From: Malacoraja senta
Lineage: Eukaryota
Length of the DNA stretch: 64,000 nt
Direction of reading: 5' to 3'
Assembly: GCA_038087875.1 (NCBI GenBank)
Contig: JAXLNO010002882.1
Coordinates: 62,001 to 126,000, forward strand
Part shown: positions 23,842 through 35,528 of the stretch, piece by piece
Numbering within the stretch: the stretch's first letter is position 1
How the letters are laid out: each line of letters starts with the position of its first letter
Notes under the pieces: model-generated
Databases searched by the model: none
Seen by the model: the letters and a program-made list of their open reading frames with translations, nothing else
What the model was told of the DNA's origin: nothing
Program-made: the position numbers and the translations under genes

Positions 23842-24690
23842 AGGTTTTAGGTTTGATATTGGTTTATCATTATCACATGCACCCGCGAATAGTGGGCTTT
23901 GTTTTGCATGCTACCCAGTCGGATTAGATAATGTTATATATAAACACAATCAAGTCCAGCTCAAGTATAACAAGTAGGGCAAAGGGACAGATACAGCGTT
24001 CAGAATTTTTCGCTCGGCATTGTAGCGCACCATTATAAGAGAGGACGTCCAATGTCCGCAATTGGGTAGATCTGCACAGGGCAATACCCTAGTTTATGGG
24101 AGAACCATTGACAAGCCTGATAACAGAGAAGAAGCTGTTCCTGAGTCAGGCGATTAGTTCGTCCAAACGGCTGTATCACCTGGCCGACGGACGCGGAGTT
24201 GTGTAGGTCTCATGACGTGCGGACTGGATTTCAGGGGCATCGTTAAGTGTACATGGAATCAGTTGTGGGATATCTGATGTGGACTTTTCGCTGCAATGTC
24301 TTGCGTTCTTGGGCAAAGCTGTTCCACACCAAGCCGTGACGCAGTTCGGCAGTACGCTTTCCATGGTTAGATGTAGTCACCGGAGACATGCCAAATTTTC
24401 TCCGTTTCCTCAAGAAACAGGGGCGCAGGTGTGACTTCTTATCTATCACGTCAATATGGTTGGTCCACAAGGGACGGTTAGTAATATTAACCCACAGGAG
24501 CTTGAAGCTCTGAACCATTTCCACGTTGTCGCCATCGAATCTGACTTGGGCAGGTACTCAGTCAAACGCCCCGAAGTCCACAAGTAACTCCTTCATCTTT
24601 CGTCTTGCTGACATTGAGGAAGAGGTTGTTGTCCTGATTCCATGTTAAGATGTACTACTGAGCTGTATGCATTTGGCAGCTGAATCTTGT
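23842..24690 (-). mobile_element. Degenerate Rex1/Babar-like LINE 3' fragment
   Basis: FKLLWVNITN...HIDVIDKKSHLRPCFLRKRRKFGMSP resembles the Rex1 RT C-terminus; paralogs ~33960-34810, 44090-44935. Confidence 0.65.
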
Positions 24691-24889
24691 CTTTACTGGT
24701 AAATTCAACACCCAGAAGAACCCACTGGTCTATTTGAGATGGATGACGTGGTGAAAGAAGATTACTGTCCAACCAGCAAGGCCCAAGAGACAAACCAATC
24801 CCGAATCGGGAATACGCCCTCTATCTGCAACAAAGGGGCACCCAACATCGCATTGCCACCATTGTCTTCCCAGCCTCCAACAGATCACC

Positions 24890-25331
24890 ATGTGCCGTTC
24901 GCGTGTTCTGCTGATAATAATTTTCGTATTTTCCGGTAGGTTCGAGAAAGAAAAAATATCGATGGCGCGCACTGAGGATTTGATTTTCCTCCACGATACT
25001 CACAATTGTGTGCTTTGTTTACAGGAACCAGCGGCGAGGATGAAGTGTCGCAGAAACCGCCTGAACTGACGGCTGTAGAAGGACAGACTGTAAGGTTGAA
25101 TTGCAATTATTCCGCAGCATTAGATGCCAGGACTGCATTCTGGTACGTCCAGGATCCCGGGGAAGCGCCGAGATATATACTGAAGAAATTAAAGACAGGG
25201 TACGAAGAACGATCCCCCCAATTCCCAGGCAGATTCGTTATCGTTTTTGACACTGAGAATAGGATCGTGTCTTTGGACATAGCGGGGACTCTCGTCTCTG
25301 ATGCTGCCGTGTACCTCTGTGCCGTGGAGCC
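24890..25331 (+). CDS. TRAV/TRDV: Family F V gene copy 1 (leader 24890-24935, V exon 25025-25331), open
   Basis: MCRSRVLLIIIFVFS|gtaggt; EDEVSQKPP...LNC...FWY...SDAAVYLCAVE. Confidence 0.9.
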
Positions 25332-25406
25332 CACACTGCTTCAGAGAAGCAGCAGACCCGGACAAAAACGCACTGAGAGATCCAGCGCGCGGCCACCAGA
25401 GGGCGC
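25332..25406 (+). promoter_or_regulatory. 23-RSS (25332-25370) plus CTCF motif (25393-25406)
   Basis: CACACTG-23-ACAAAAACG; CCACCAGAGGGCGC (consensus match). Confidence 0.9.
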
Positions 25407-25784
25407 TCGCTGGGTTGAAATGGTTAATCAGAGAAATCCGTTTCCTGGCATCCAGTCGAACTGTGAATTTAACCTTGTCTGGACCAATGGAAGCGCCATT
25501 TTCCAACGTTCACTACAATCTGAAATGGCATTGGTTAAGTCCTAATCAACTAAGGATTCAATAAACATTTGAGGTGATTTGATGAGTTTGACTGCACGGA
25601 AGCAAGTTTTCGATTGCGTCGCGTAGGCGCCCCTAATCGCACATACATCAACGCCTGTTTTTACACGAATGTTCTTTCAATCGTGTCGTATTCCTATCAA
25701 CCCCCTTAGATTCCACCCCACAACACGATTTGAAAGTTTACAGTGCACAACTCACCCAGCGAGCCCGCAAAGATCTGGAACGTG

Positions 25785-25910
25785 AAAACACGTTTCGGGT
25801 CGGGACGCCTCTTCAGACATCTTCAGATCGAAAGAGCTCCGAACGGAAACGTTGTTTATCCATTTACTCCTCAGATGCTGTCTGACCCGTTGAATTCCTG
25901 CAACTCAGAG
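25785..25910. mobile_element. Two head-to-head Penelope-like terminal remnants
   Basis: Minus strand CTGAAGA-GGCGTCCCGACCC-GAAACGTG; plus strand GAAACGTT...GATGCTGTCTGACCCGTTGA; paralogs ~35910, 45975. Confidence 0.55.
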
Positions 25911-26057
25911 GTTGTTGAAGTATCCAGCACCTCTTGTTTTTGCACTACCTGTTGTATTAATGTTTGTTTAATTGCATTTCATTCATGGGTGAATTATCCG
26001 GATAGCTCGCTACACAATGTTTTTTTTAATGTATCTCATACGTGATAATAATAAATG

Positions 26058-26135
26058 GATACCAATACCAATATCAATACCAATCTTTACACCAATAACA
26101 ATACCAGTTCCAATCCCACTACCAAATCCAATTGC
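26058..26135. repeat. Imperfect (ATACCA)n simple repeat
   Basis: gataccaataccaatatcaataccaatc...; paralogs ~36180, 46248. Confidence 0.7.
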
Positions 26136-27148
26136 AAGTCTAATACCAAAATAATCCAAGCTGATTCAGATATGGCGCTGAGGGAAGGATGAAAATCACC
26201 CTCCACGCTCGATTCTCCTGCGTATAATTATTCCGTCGTCTTGTTCTTGATTGTAAATTGAGTCGCCGTGTTGTTATGTAACTTGCACGAAAAGCTGCAT
26301 CTAACAAGAATTTAGTCGATTGATTGTAAATATCAGCATGGAAGCAGGGCCTTGGGCACAACAGGTCGACGCCGACTGTCGGTCACACGTTGATACTAGT
26401 CCCATCCCACCTTCGCATCCACTGTCTACAATCTGGGCGCAATTCGTAGAGGCCATATGTCCAAGATTCTGCGCATGTTTGAGATGTGCGAGAAAACCAT
26501 AGCAACCATAGTCAAACTATGTGTGACAGGGAGAACTTACTAACGTCACACAAACAGCACTCCGGGTGAGGACATGGGTTTCTGGCGCTGTGATTCAGCC
26601 GCTCAACTGGCTGCGCTTCTGTGCCGCCCATATATTCTTTTCCCGTTGCAATTAAAAAACCTTGACAATGGACTATTGTTCTTTGACTCCTTTCTACTGA
26701 AGGGGCTGTGCTTATAGCTCTCTGATTGTGACTATAAGTGACTGGACGAGCAAGGGAGCGAGAGAGGAAGAGGGGAAGGGCGGGGAGATAGATGGAGTGT
26801 CAGAAAGATATGCAGATAGAAAGAATGTAGACAATTAAACAGNNNNNNNNNNNNNNNNNNNNNNNNNNNNNNNNNNNNNNNNNNNNNNNNNNNNNNNNNN
26901 NNNNNNNNNNNNNNNNNNNNNNNNNNNNNNNNNNNNNNNNNNNNNNNNNNNNNNNNNNNNNNNNNNNNNNNNNNNNNAAGATAAAGGTGGAGCAAATTAG
27001 CGTGCGTAAAGTGAGAAGGCAAGTGATCAAATTGCATCGGTTGTGAACAGCCAATCGTGCAAGAGGGGGACGCTCCTTAGTCTCCCCAACAGAAAAAAAC
27101 CTGCCCATGATTTCCGTGTCCTCTCACATATACTGCACAACGCGAGAC

Positions 27149-27808
27149 ATGAACGCAGTCGAATCTTTTCGTCCTTACAGAGCTGTTTACAAACTACATG
27201 CCATGAGCACCTTCTGGTCTCTCCTGGTGATAATTTTCGTATTTCCAGGTGAGCCTATGTTGCAATGGTTCCGAAGCGGAAAGTGTCTTTGATACACTCC
27301 CAGTTTGCACACAGTTCATTGAGTTTCTGTTGCGATTTTTCGTGAGCTAAACGTGGCTTTGATACACGCGCGACAGCCATCCCAAACTGTAGATATTGTG
27401 AAGGAAGGTCTCTTCCTGTGCTGTACAGATCGATGTTATTTGTTGGTTATTTGTTGTAGGCTTTCAACTTCATCGCATGTTTCTTTTTTGCTTTATTACA
27501 GGACGCTATGCCGAAGAGTCCATGTCTCAATATCCGCCTGAACTCACTGTTGTTGAAGGACAGGCCGTAATACTTAATTGCAATTACCCCAAATCTTACA
27601 ATCACGAGGTCGCTTTCTGGTACATTCAGAACGGTGGGCAAGCGCCGAAATATCTACTAAAAAAATTTAATGCCGATTCCGGAGATCGGGCTCGTGAATT
27701 GCCAGAGAGGTTTTCTGCTGCTTACCACAAAGAGAATCGCTCGATACCTTTAAGTATCTCCGGCGTCCTTGTCTCCGATTGCGCCGTGTATCTCTGCGCC
27801 ATGAGGCC
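27149..27808 (+). CDS. TRAV/TRDV: Chimeric V gene: family E leader (27149 or 27203 to 27248) plus family D V exon (27502-27808), open
   Basis: Leader matches the E1 leader at 47313-47412; V exon matches D1/D2; GT-AG phase-1 intron of 253 bp. Confidence 0.85.
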
Positions 27809-27886
27809 CACACTGCGGCATAGAAGCGCCTGATCCGAACAAAAACTCTCTCCCGTCATTTCTCTCGAATCTTCACCAGAGGGCGC
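27809..27886 (+). promoter_or_regulatory. 23-RSS (27809-27847) plus CTCF-like motif (27873-27886)
   Basis: CACACTG-23-ACAAAAACT; TCACCAGAGGGCGC. Confidence 0.88.
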
Positions 27887-29438
27887 TCTCTTCCATCTTC
27901 CAACAACTCTCCAACCCAAAATAGAATATTACCCTCAAACACGAAGCGCAGAGCTTCATCTTCCAACGTTATTTACATTTTTTTGTATGGTTTTTATTCC
28001 TACTTGTCGACTGGCCTTTTTTTTTGCATTCCCCGTCTAAATTCCATCTTTTATCCTCGCAGTTCCTGACGTGATTTTTTCCCATAATGCTCCGCAAGGC
28101 TCCTGTTTCCACCTCACCACTCCGCGACATGCGTTTAACAATTGATTCTGGAAAGAAGGGTCCGAAATCCGACCTCAGTAGGAATACAATCAACCAACAA
28201 AACAGGGCGGCACAGTGGCGCAGCTGGAAGTGCTGCAGCCACACTGCGCCAGCGACCCGGTTTCGATTCTGACCTGTCTGTGTGGAGTTTGCAGGTTATC
28301 CCTGTAATCGCGTGGATTTCCCCCGGGTGTTCCGGTTTCCTCGCATAACCAAAGGACTTGCGGGTTTGTAAGTTTATTGGGCTCTATAAATTGCCCCTGG
28401 TGTGTGGGGAGTGGAAGACAAAGTGGGATAACGTTCGCTAGTGTGAACGTGAGGTCGATGGTCTGCATAGACTCGATGGGCAGAAAGGCCTGTTTTTTCC
28501 GCGCTGTGTCTCTAAACTCAATTGAACCCTATTAAAAACACAGAAAATGCAGAGATTTGGAAGAATGTTTGAGAGACTTCGCGATATCGGGATGCATGCC
28601 GGAGGAATCATCAAATCCTTATATTAATATTACATCGTTACGTGATCAGGTCGCATTAAGGACGTGAGAAGTCGTTAAATAAAAAAGTATAACCATTTCC
28701 ATTTTGTTCTTTTTGCTCCTACATTGGGCGTGAAGGCTCTCTGCATCACCCCATCTATTCCCCTCATTGTGTTATGAACCACTGTAAGATCACTCTGCGG
28801 CTTCCTGCCCTCCATGGTATAAAATCACAGGCTGCACAACTTCTTCCTCTGGCTCAGCCCCCGGTGTTTCAAGTCTAGTCCAGAATCTGGAGGTCAAACA
28901 TATTAAACGGCCTGAAGAACCCAGCGCGTCCAGCAACACCTGGGGCAAGAGGTCAACGATTCGGTGAAGACCCAAGGCCAATATGCCCCTTTCCTCTTTC
29001 TACACGTCTAAAGCAGATTGTATTGTTCTGTTGGGGCATTTATAAACGCTGTGGTCTGAGATTATTAATTGGAATATATTTCACACAATGACATAAATAG
29101 AACACGGCAAACCGGATAAGGAAATGATATAATTGAGCCAACTGTGTATCTCCTCGGGAGGCTATAGTCTATGTATCTATGTATCTATGTGTCGCTGCAT
29201 CTGTAAAACGCACTTTACCCTTGTATGGTCTCGCTCGGATGCAGGCGGGCGTCACCGAAAGCCAGAAAATGGAGAGACAGCCAGACAAACGTAGCCTATG
29301 AACACGGACAGCAACATGAATGGCGCTGCAGGGAAAGACGATGCATATAGAGAAACATAGAGATTCTGATACATGAGATAAAAGAGAAAGAGATAGGTTA
29401 TCCACTTAAATAGAAAAGGCGGTGAGGAGAAGGAGAGA

Positions 29439-29655
29439 ACATAGAAACATAGAAACATAGAAATTAGGTGCAGGAGTAGGCCATTCGGCCCTTCGAGCCT
29501 GCACCGCCATTCAATATGATCATGGCTGATCATCCAACTCAGTATCCCGTACCTGCCTTCTCTCCATACCCTCTGATCCCTTTAGCCACAAGGGCCACAT
29601 CTAGCTCCCTCTTAAATATAGCCAATGAACTGGCCTCGACTACCCTCTGTGGCAG
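29439..29655 (-). mobile_element. ~215-bp CR1 3' end, near identical to the end of the 7812-11238 element, inverted
   Basis: Reverse complement of ~11025-11238 with one mismatch seen by eye; second copy at 39563-39780. Confidence 0.9.
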
Positions 29656-30133
29656 GGAAAGACGATGCATATAGAGAAACATAGAGATTCTGATTCATGA
29701 AAGAGAGAGAGAGAGAGAGAGAACAAATGAGTGCAGGCGTTTGAGAGCGAAAGATGGAAGAGAAGGGAAAGAGAGGAGGAGATGGGGAGAAGGGGACAGA
29801 TAGTGTGAAAATAGAGCGTACGCTCCACAGAGAATGAGAGAGGGAAGCGAAGGGATTGATGGGAGAGTAAAAGTGTGGGAGAGGGACACAGTGTGTGTGT
29901 CAGAGAGAGAGTCGGAGAAAGAGCGAGAGAGAAAAAAAGAAACTCGGGTATTGCCGGAACGTGTGAAATGAGAAGGCGGAGCGATTTCCGCGAAACGAAC
30001 CAATCGAACACCAGGGAACTGTCCTCGATTATCTTTCATGAGCCTGGTCTGAGTTTTGTGTTGCATGTCTGATGCGAGGCGTGAACATACTTATAAACAT
30101 TTTCTCCTCGACTTTTCGTTCAAACCGGACACC

Positions 30134-30892
30134 ATGAGTTCCTCGTGGTCCTTTCTGATAATTATGCTTGTGCTGCCCGGTGAGTATGTGTTTAACTGCT
30201 CAGTGTTACGTCCGGGGCTCCAATTTACCGTCGGACTGGGCGGCACGGTGGCGTAGCGGTAGAGCTACCGCCTTGCAGCGTCAGTAACCCGGGTTCTATC
30301 CTGACTGCGGGTGTTTGGCTGTACAGAGTTTGTATGTTCTCCCCGTGGCCTGCGTTGGTTTTCTCCGAGATCTTATTGTTTCTTCCCAAACTCCAAAGAC
30401 GTACAGATTAGTAGGTTAATTTGGGGTTGGTGTAAATGCAAAACTGTCCATCGTGTGTGCAGGTTAGTGGTAATTTGCGGGGATCGCTGGTCGGTGCGGA
30501 CACGGTGGGCTGAAGGGCCTGTTTGCGCGCTGTATCTCCAAACTAAACTAAACGATTCACTCGCGTGTTATGTTCGTTCTTACAGGAACGGGCGGCGAAG
30601 TGTCCGTGTCCCAGGATCCGCCGGAACAAACGGCCGTGGAAGGACAAAGCGTCACAATGAACTGCAGTTACTCTGCAGCGTTCAATGCCGACGCGGCCTT
30701 CTGGTACATCCTATATCCCGGGGAGGCGCCAAGATATCTACTCAAGAGACTGAGCACTGGGTTTGCGGACCAGTCGCCGGATTTGCCAGATAGGTTTTCT
30801 GCTGTTTTTCAGAAAGATAGTAGGACGGTCCCTTTAATTATCTCCGCGGCCCTTGTGTCAGACTCGGCCGTGTACCTGTGCGCCATGACGCC
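30134..30892 (+). CDS. TRAV/TRDV: Family A V gene copy 4 (leader 30134-30179, V exon 30586-30892), open
   Basis: Leader, splice sites and V domain intact. Confidence 0.9.
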
Positions 30893-30968
30893 CACACTGG
30901 TGCAGTGAATCAGCGGACCACGACAAAAACCTTTCCCGCCACTCCCGCGACCGCTCGCAAGAGGGCGC
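30893..30968 (+). promoter_or_regulatory. 23-RSS (30893-30931) plus CTCF-like motif (30955-30968)
   Basis: CACACTG-23-ACAAAAACC; TCGCAAGAGGGCGC. Confidence 0.87.
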
Positions 30969-31284
30969 GCTCACCCGGCTAAACGAAGGAGGTGCTTCTG
31001 CGAATCCGCAGAGAACAAATACTCTGTAGATGCCTGATGTCTACAGTATATTTTCCCTTTGTTTCCACAGGTGTAGCTCACCCTCTCGGGGCGGCACAGT
31101 AGCGCAGCGGTGGAGTTGCTGCCTTGCTCCGCCAGAGACTCGGGTTTGATCCTGACCTCGGGCGTTGCCTTTGAGGAGTTCACAGCTCACCCTGTGACTG
31201 CGTGGATTTACTCCGGGTGCTGCGGTTTCCCCCCGCGCCCCAAGGACACGTGCGTTTATAGGGTCTTTGCAAATTGTTCATAAT

Positions 31285-31698
31285 AATAATAATAATAATA
31301 ATAATGGATTTTATTTACGGGCGCCTTATACCGAGGTCTCAAGGACACCATACAGAGATTTATAGAAAACATATAATCAGAATTAAAAAAAAAAAAAAAA
31401 AAAATAGGTTATAAAGACCAATACATAAATCAGGGACAGAATTCCTTCCAAAAACACAAAAAAAAGAAAATCAGAAGCACAACTTGAGGAGAGAGCAGCG
31501 GCAATTTAACGCCAGCGTCCACTCCCCCCTCCGACCGCCATCTTGAACACAGACTAACAAATACAATTACAAACAATTACATACAAAAATCATCCCCCCA
31601 CAATGATTTCCACTGTGGGGGAAGGCACAATGTCGAGTCCCCAGCCCCAGTTCACCCAAAAAAGTCAGGCCAAATGAGGCCCCCGCTATTGCCTCTAC
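31285..31698 (-). mobile_element. ~415-bp unclassified non-LTR-type insertion into the post-A SINE
   Basis: Absent from paralogs at ~13035 and 21445; (TAA)n end and internal poly-A; second copy ~41412-41826. Confidence 0.6.
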
Positions 31699-32379
31699 GT
31701 GTTGTGAGTGGATACAAAAGTGGGATAACATAGATAACAAATGTATGATCAATGACCGGTGTGGGCGATGAGCAGCGCTGCATCTTTTACTCAATTCAGA
31801 AATCAGATTTGGTTCCTAATAAAAGGACCCTAGTCCTTCCATAAAATGTGCAAATCGCCAATCTGAGTTGCAAGGCGCTAGGTTGAGCCAAGCGATGTGG
31901 AGTTTAGTCGTGTAGTTTTGTTCAGAGATTAGTTTAGAGATGCAGCGCGAAAATAGGCCCTTCGGCCCACCGAGGCCGCGCCGACCAGCGATCCGCGGAC
32001 ACTGGCACTATTCTGCACACTAAGGACATTTACAATATTTACCGGCTCGGCTCGCGGTGGCCCTCCTCGCTCTCGGAGGCTTTCAAAAAACTCTCGGACG
32101 TTCCCTACATACTCTCGACGGTCTTCCTGCGCTCTCGGCAGCCCCGCCCGACCCCGGTGGCCCCACCAGGCGGTTCGTTGAGTTATGCGGGGCGCATCTG
32201 GGGAGCTTTCTGCCTCAGCTTTCTCAGTTGTATGTGCGCAACCAATCATGTGCAGGAAACGCCCCTTAGAGTGTACGGTAGTGAACCGGATATTGGCTTC
32301 TATTCACACATCGGATGCGAGGCAAGGGCACAGTGTGAAAGTCGTCTCCTTCTCTCACTCTCGTTCCAAGTCGGGCACC

Positions 32380-33188
32380 ATGTACGCTTCGTGTCTCTTG
32401 GCGCTGATACTCCTTGTGGTGCCCGGTGAGTTTGTGTTTCATTGTTCAGTGTGCAATCCGTGACTTCCAGGTACTGCCCGTTCTCTGACACCGGGGTTCA
32501 ACGTAGGTTCACCAGGTTAATTTCCGGGATGGCGGTACTGACATATAATGAAGTAATGGGTCGACTGGGCTTGTATTCACTGGAATTTAGAAGGGTGAGA
32601 GGAGATCGTATAGAAACATATAACACTCTTAAAGGATTGGACAGGCTAACTGCACGAGAAATGTTCCCGATATTGGGGGAGTCCAGAACCAGGGGTCACA
32701 CAGTTTAAGAATAAGGGGTCGGCCATTTAGGACTGTGACTAGGAAAAACAGGAACGGTGTACTGATTTTAGATGATCAGCCATAATCAGATGGAATGGTG
32801 GCACTGGCTCGAAGGGCCGAATGGCCTACTCCTGCACCTATTTTTCTAAGTTTCTATGACACGCTCTGTGCTTTGTTATAGGTACCCGTGGCGGTGACTC
32901 AGTGATTCAGTTCCCGCTGCAACTGGCTGCCGAGGAAGGACAGAACCTAACACTGAACTGCACTTACTCCGAAGGATTCAGCGCCAACTTCGCCTGCTGG
33001 TACATCCAATTTCCCGGGGAAGCGCCTAGATACGTAGTGATGATATACAGCCATGGGGCAGGCAACCGGTCTCCAGATTTCCCGGACAGGTTTACTTCCG
33101 TGTTTCATAAAGCATCGAGGACTGTTCCTTTAACTATCTCCGGGGTTCGCGTCTCCGATTCCGCCGTGTATCTCTGCGCCTTGATGCC
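32380..33188 (+). CDS. TRAV/TRDV: Family B V gene copy 4 (leader 32380-32425, V exon 32882-33188), open
   Basis: MYASCLLALILLVVP|gtgagt; complete V domain. Confidence 0.9.
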
Positions 33189-33264
33189 CACACTGCTGCA
33201 GAGATGGGGCAGATACGGACAAAAACCCATTCTCGAGTTCCAGTCAGCTGCCACAAGGGGGCGC
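33189..33264 (+). promoter_or_regulatory. 23-RSS (33189-33227) plus CTCF-like motif (33251-33264)
   Basis: CACACTG-23-ACAAAAACC; CCACAAGGGGGCGC. Confidence 0.9.
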
Positions 33265-35010
33265 CGCAGTCCGTTGAATAAACGTCATTCGGAAAATAAA
33301 CCCGAGGAGACGCCGGAAGATGCCGGAATACACAACCGCCACTGCAAGAGTGAGGACATACGCAAACTGGACGAGGAACATCCCATATTCCACTTAGGAA
33401 GGTAACTGCCGAACGGCATGAACTTTGAATTCTCCAATTTAAAGTAATAGCCGTCCTACCCCTCTCCCTCTAGCGCCATCCCACCCCTTTGCGCACCCAT
33501 TTCTCCCACTTTCACACACCAGTCACCTTTCCTCTCCATTGGGCACTGATTTTCCCATTCCCTCTCTATCCCCTTCACTTGTTCCTAATGTATCCGTCCC
33601 ACATGGTTTACATTTCACACCTCTTCTCCTCTCCGTATCCGACAGCCCTTTGTCCTCTTTCCATTTCTAGCGCTTGTCACTTATTCTACCCACGTGGCAA
33701 ACTCTTTTCCAGTTTTCTCCCCCATGTGACAGAAGGAGGGTCTCGACCCGAACGTTGCCTGTCCATTTCCATCCACAAATGCTGCCTGACCCGTTGAGTT
33801 CCTTCAGCACACCGTGTTTTGCTCAAGATACTCGTGGTATCTCTTGCTCTGCAAAGCTCTCCTGGTCAAGTCGCAGAGTTATCTTCTCCCAATCCCCCTA
33901 CATCTCCGTGCCGAACATAATGCCGAATTGAACCAATTGAGCACGTTATGACTGAGCTGAGTAGGTTTTAGGTTTGATTTTGGTTTATCATTATCACATG
34001 CACCCGCGAATAGTGGGCTTTGTTTTGCATGCTACCCAGTCGGATTAGATAATGTTATATATAAACACAATCAAGTCAAGCTCAAGTATAACAAGTAGGG
34101 CAAAGGGACAGATACAGCGTTCAGAATTTTTCGCTCGGCATTGTAGCGCACCATTATAAGAGAGGACGTCCAATGTCCGCAATTGGGTAGATCTGCACAG
34201 GGCAATACCCTAGTTTATGGGAGAACCATTGACAAGCCTGATAACAGAGAATAAGCTGTTCCTGAGTCAGGCGATTAGTTCGTCCAAACGGCTGTATCAG
34301 CTGGCCGACGGACGCGGAGTTGTGTAGGTCTCATGACGTGCGGACTGGATTTCAGGGGCATCGTTAAGTGTACATGGAATCAGTTGTGGGATATCTGATG
34401 TGGACTTTTCGCTGCAATGTCTTGCGTTCTTGGGCAAAGCTGTTCCACACCAAGCCGTGACGCAGTTCGGCAGTACGCTTTCCATGGTTAGATGTAGTCA
34501 CCGGAGACATGCCAAATTTTCTCCGTTTCCTCAAGAAACAGGGGCGCAGGTGTGACTTCTTATCTATCACGTCAATATGGTTGGTCCACAAGGGACGGTT
34601 AGTAATATTAACCCACAGGAGCTTGAAGCTCTGAACCATTTCCACGTTGTCGCCATCGAATCTGACTTGGGCAGGTACTCAGTCAAACGCCCCGAAGTCC
34701 ACAAGTAACTCCTTCATCTTTCGTCTTGCTGACATTGAGGAAGAGGTTGTTGTCCTGATTCCATGTTAAGATGTACTACTGAGCTGTATGCATTTGGCAG
34801 CTGAATCTTGTCTTTACTGGTAAATTCAACACCCAGAAGAACCCACTGGTCTATTTGAGATGGATGACGTGGTGAAAGAAGATTACTGTCCAACCAGCAA
34901 GGCCCAAGAGACAAACCAATCCCGAATCGGGAATACGCCCTCTATCTGCAACAAAGGGGCACCCAACATCGCATTGCCACCATTGTCTTCCCAGCCTCCA
35001 ACAGATCACC

Positions 35011-35453
35011 ATGTGCCGTTCGCGTGTTCTGCTGATAATAATTTTCGTATTTTCCGGTAGGTTCGAGAAAGAAAAAATATCGATGGCGCGCACTGAGGAT
35101 TTGATTTTCCTCCACGATACTCACAATTGTGTGCTTTGTTTACAGGAACCAGCGGCGAGGATGAAGTGTCGCAGAAACCGCCTGAACTGACGGCTGTAGA
35201 AGGACAGACTGTAAGGTTGAATTGCAATTATTCCGCAGCATTAGATGCCAGGACTGCATTCTGGTACGTCCAGGATCCCGGGGAAGCGCCGAGATATATA
35301 CTGAAGAAATTAAAGACAGGGTACGAAGAAACGATCCCCCCAATTCCCAGGCAGATTCGTTATCGTTTTTGACACTGAGAATAGGATCGTGTCTTTGGAC
35401 ATAGCGGGGACTCTCGTCTCTGATGCTGCCGTGTACCTCTGTGCCGTGGAGCC
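35011..35453 (+). pseudogene. TRAV/TRDV: Family F copy 2 (leader 35011-35056, V 35146-35453) with a +1 A frameshift, possibly a sequencing error
   Basis: GAAGAAACG versus GAAGAACG in F1; otherwise appears identical to F1. Confidence 0.7.
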
Positions 35454-35528
35454 CACACTGCTTCAGAGAAGCAGCAGACCCGGACAAAAACGCACTGAGA
35501 GATCCAGCGCGCGGCCACCAGAGGGCGC
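35454..35528 (+). promoter_or_regulatory. 23-RSS (35454-35492) plus CTCF motif (35515-35528)
   Basis: CACACTG-23-ACAAAAACG; CCACCAGAGGGCGC. Confidence 0.9.

Noticed and set aside
26058-26135. Short periodic array as CRISPR-like or D-segment cluster
   Set aside because: Imperfect (ATACCA)n simple repeat with no spacers or RSSs, in eukaryotic DNA.
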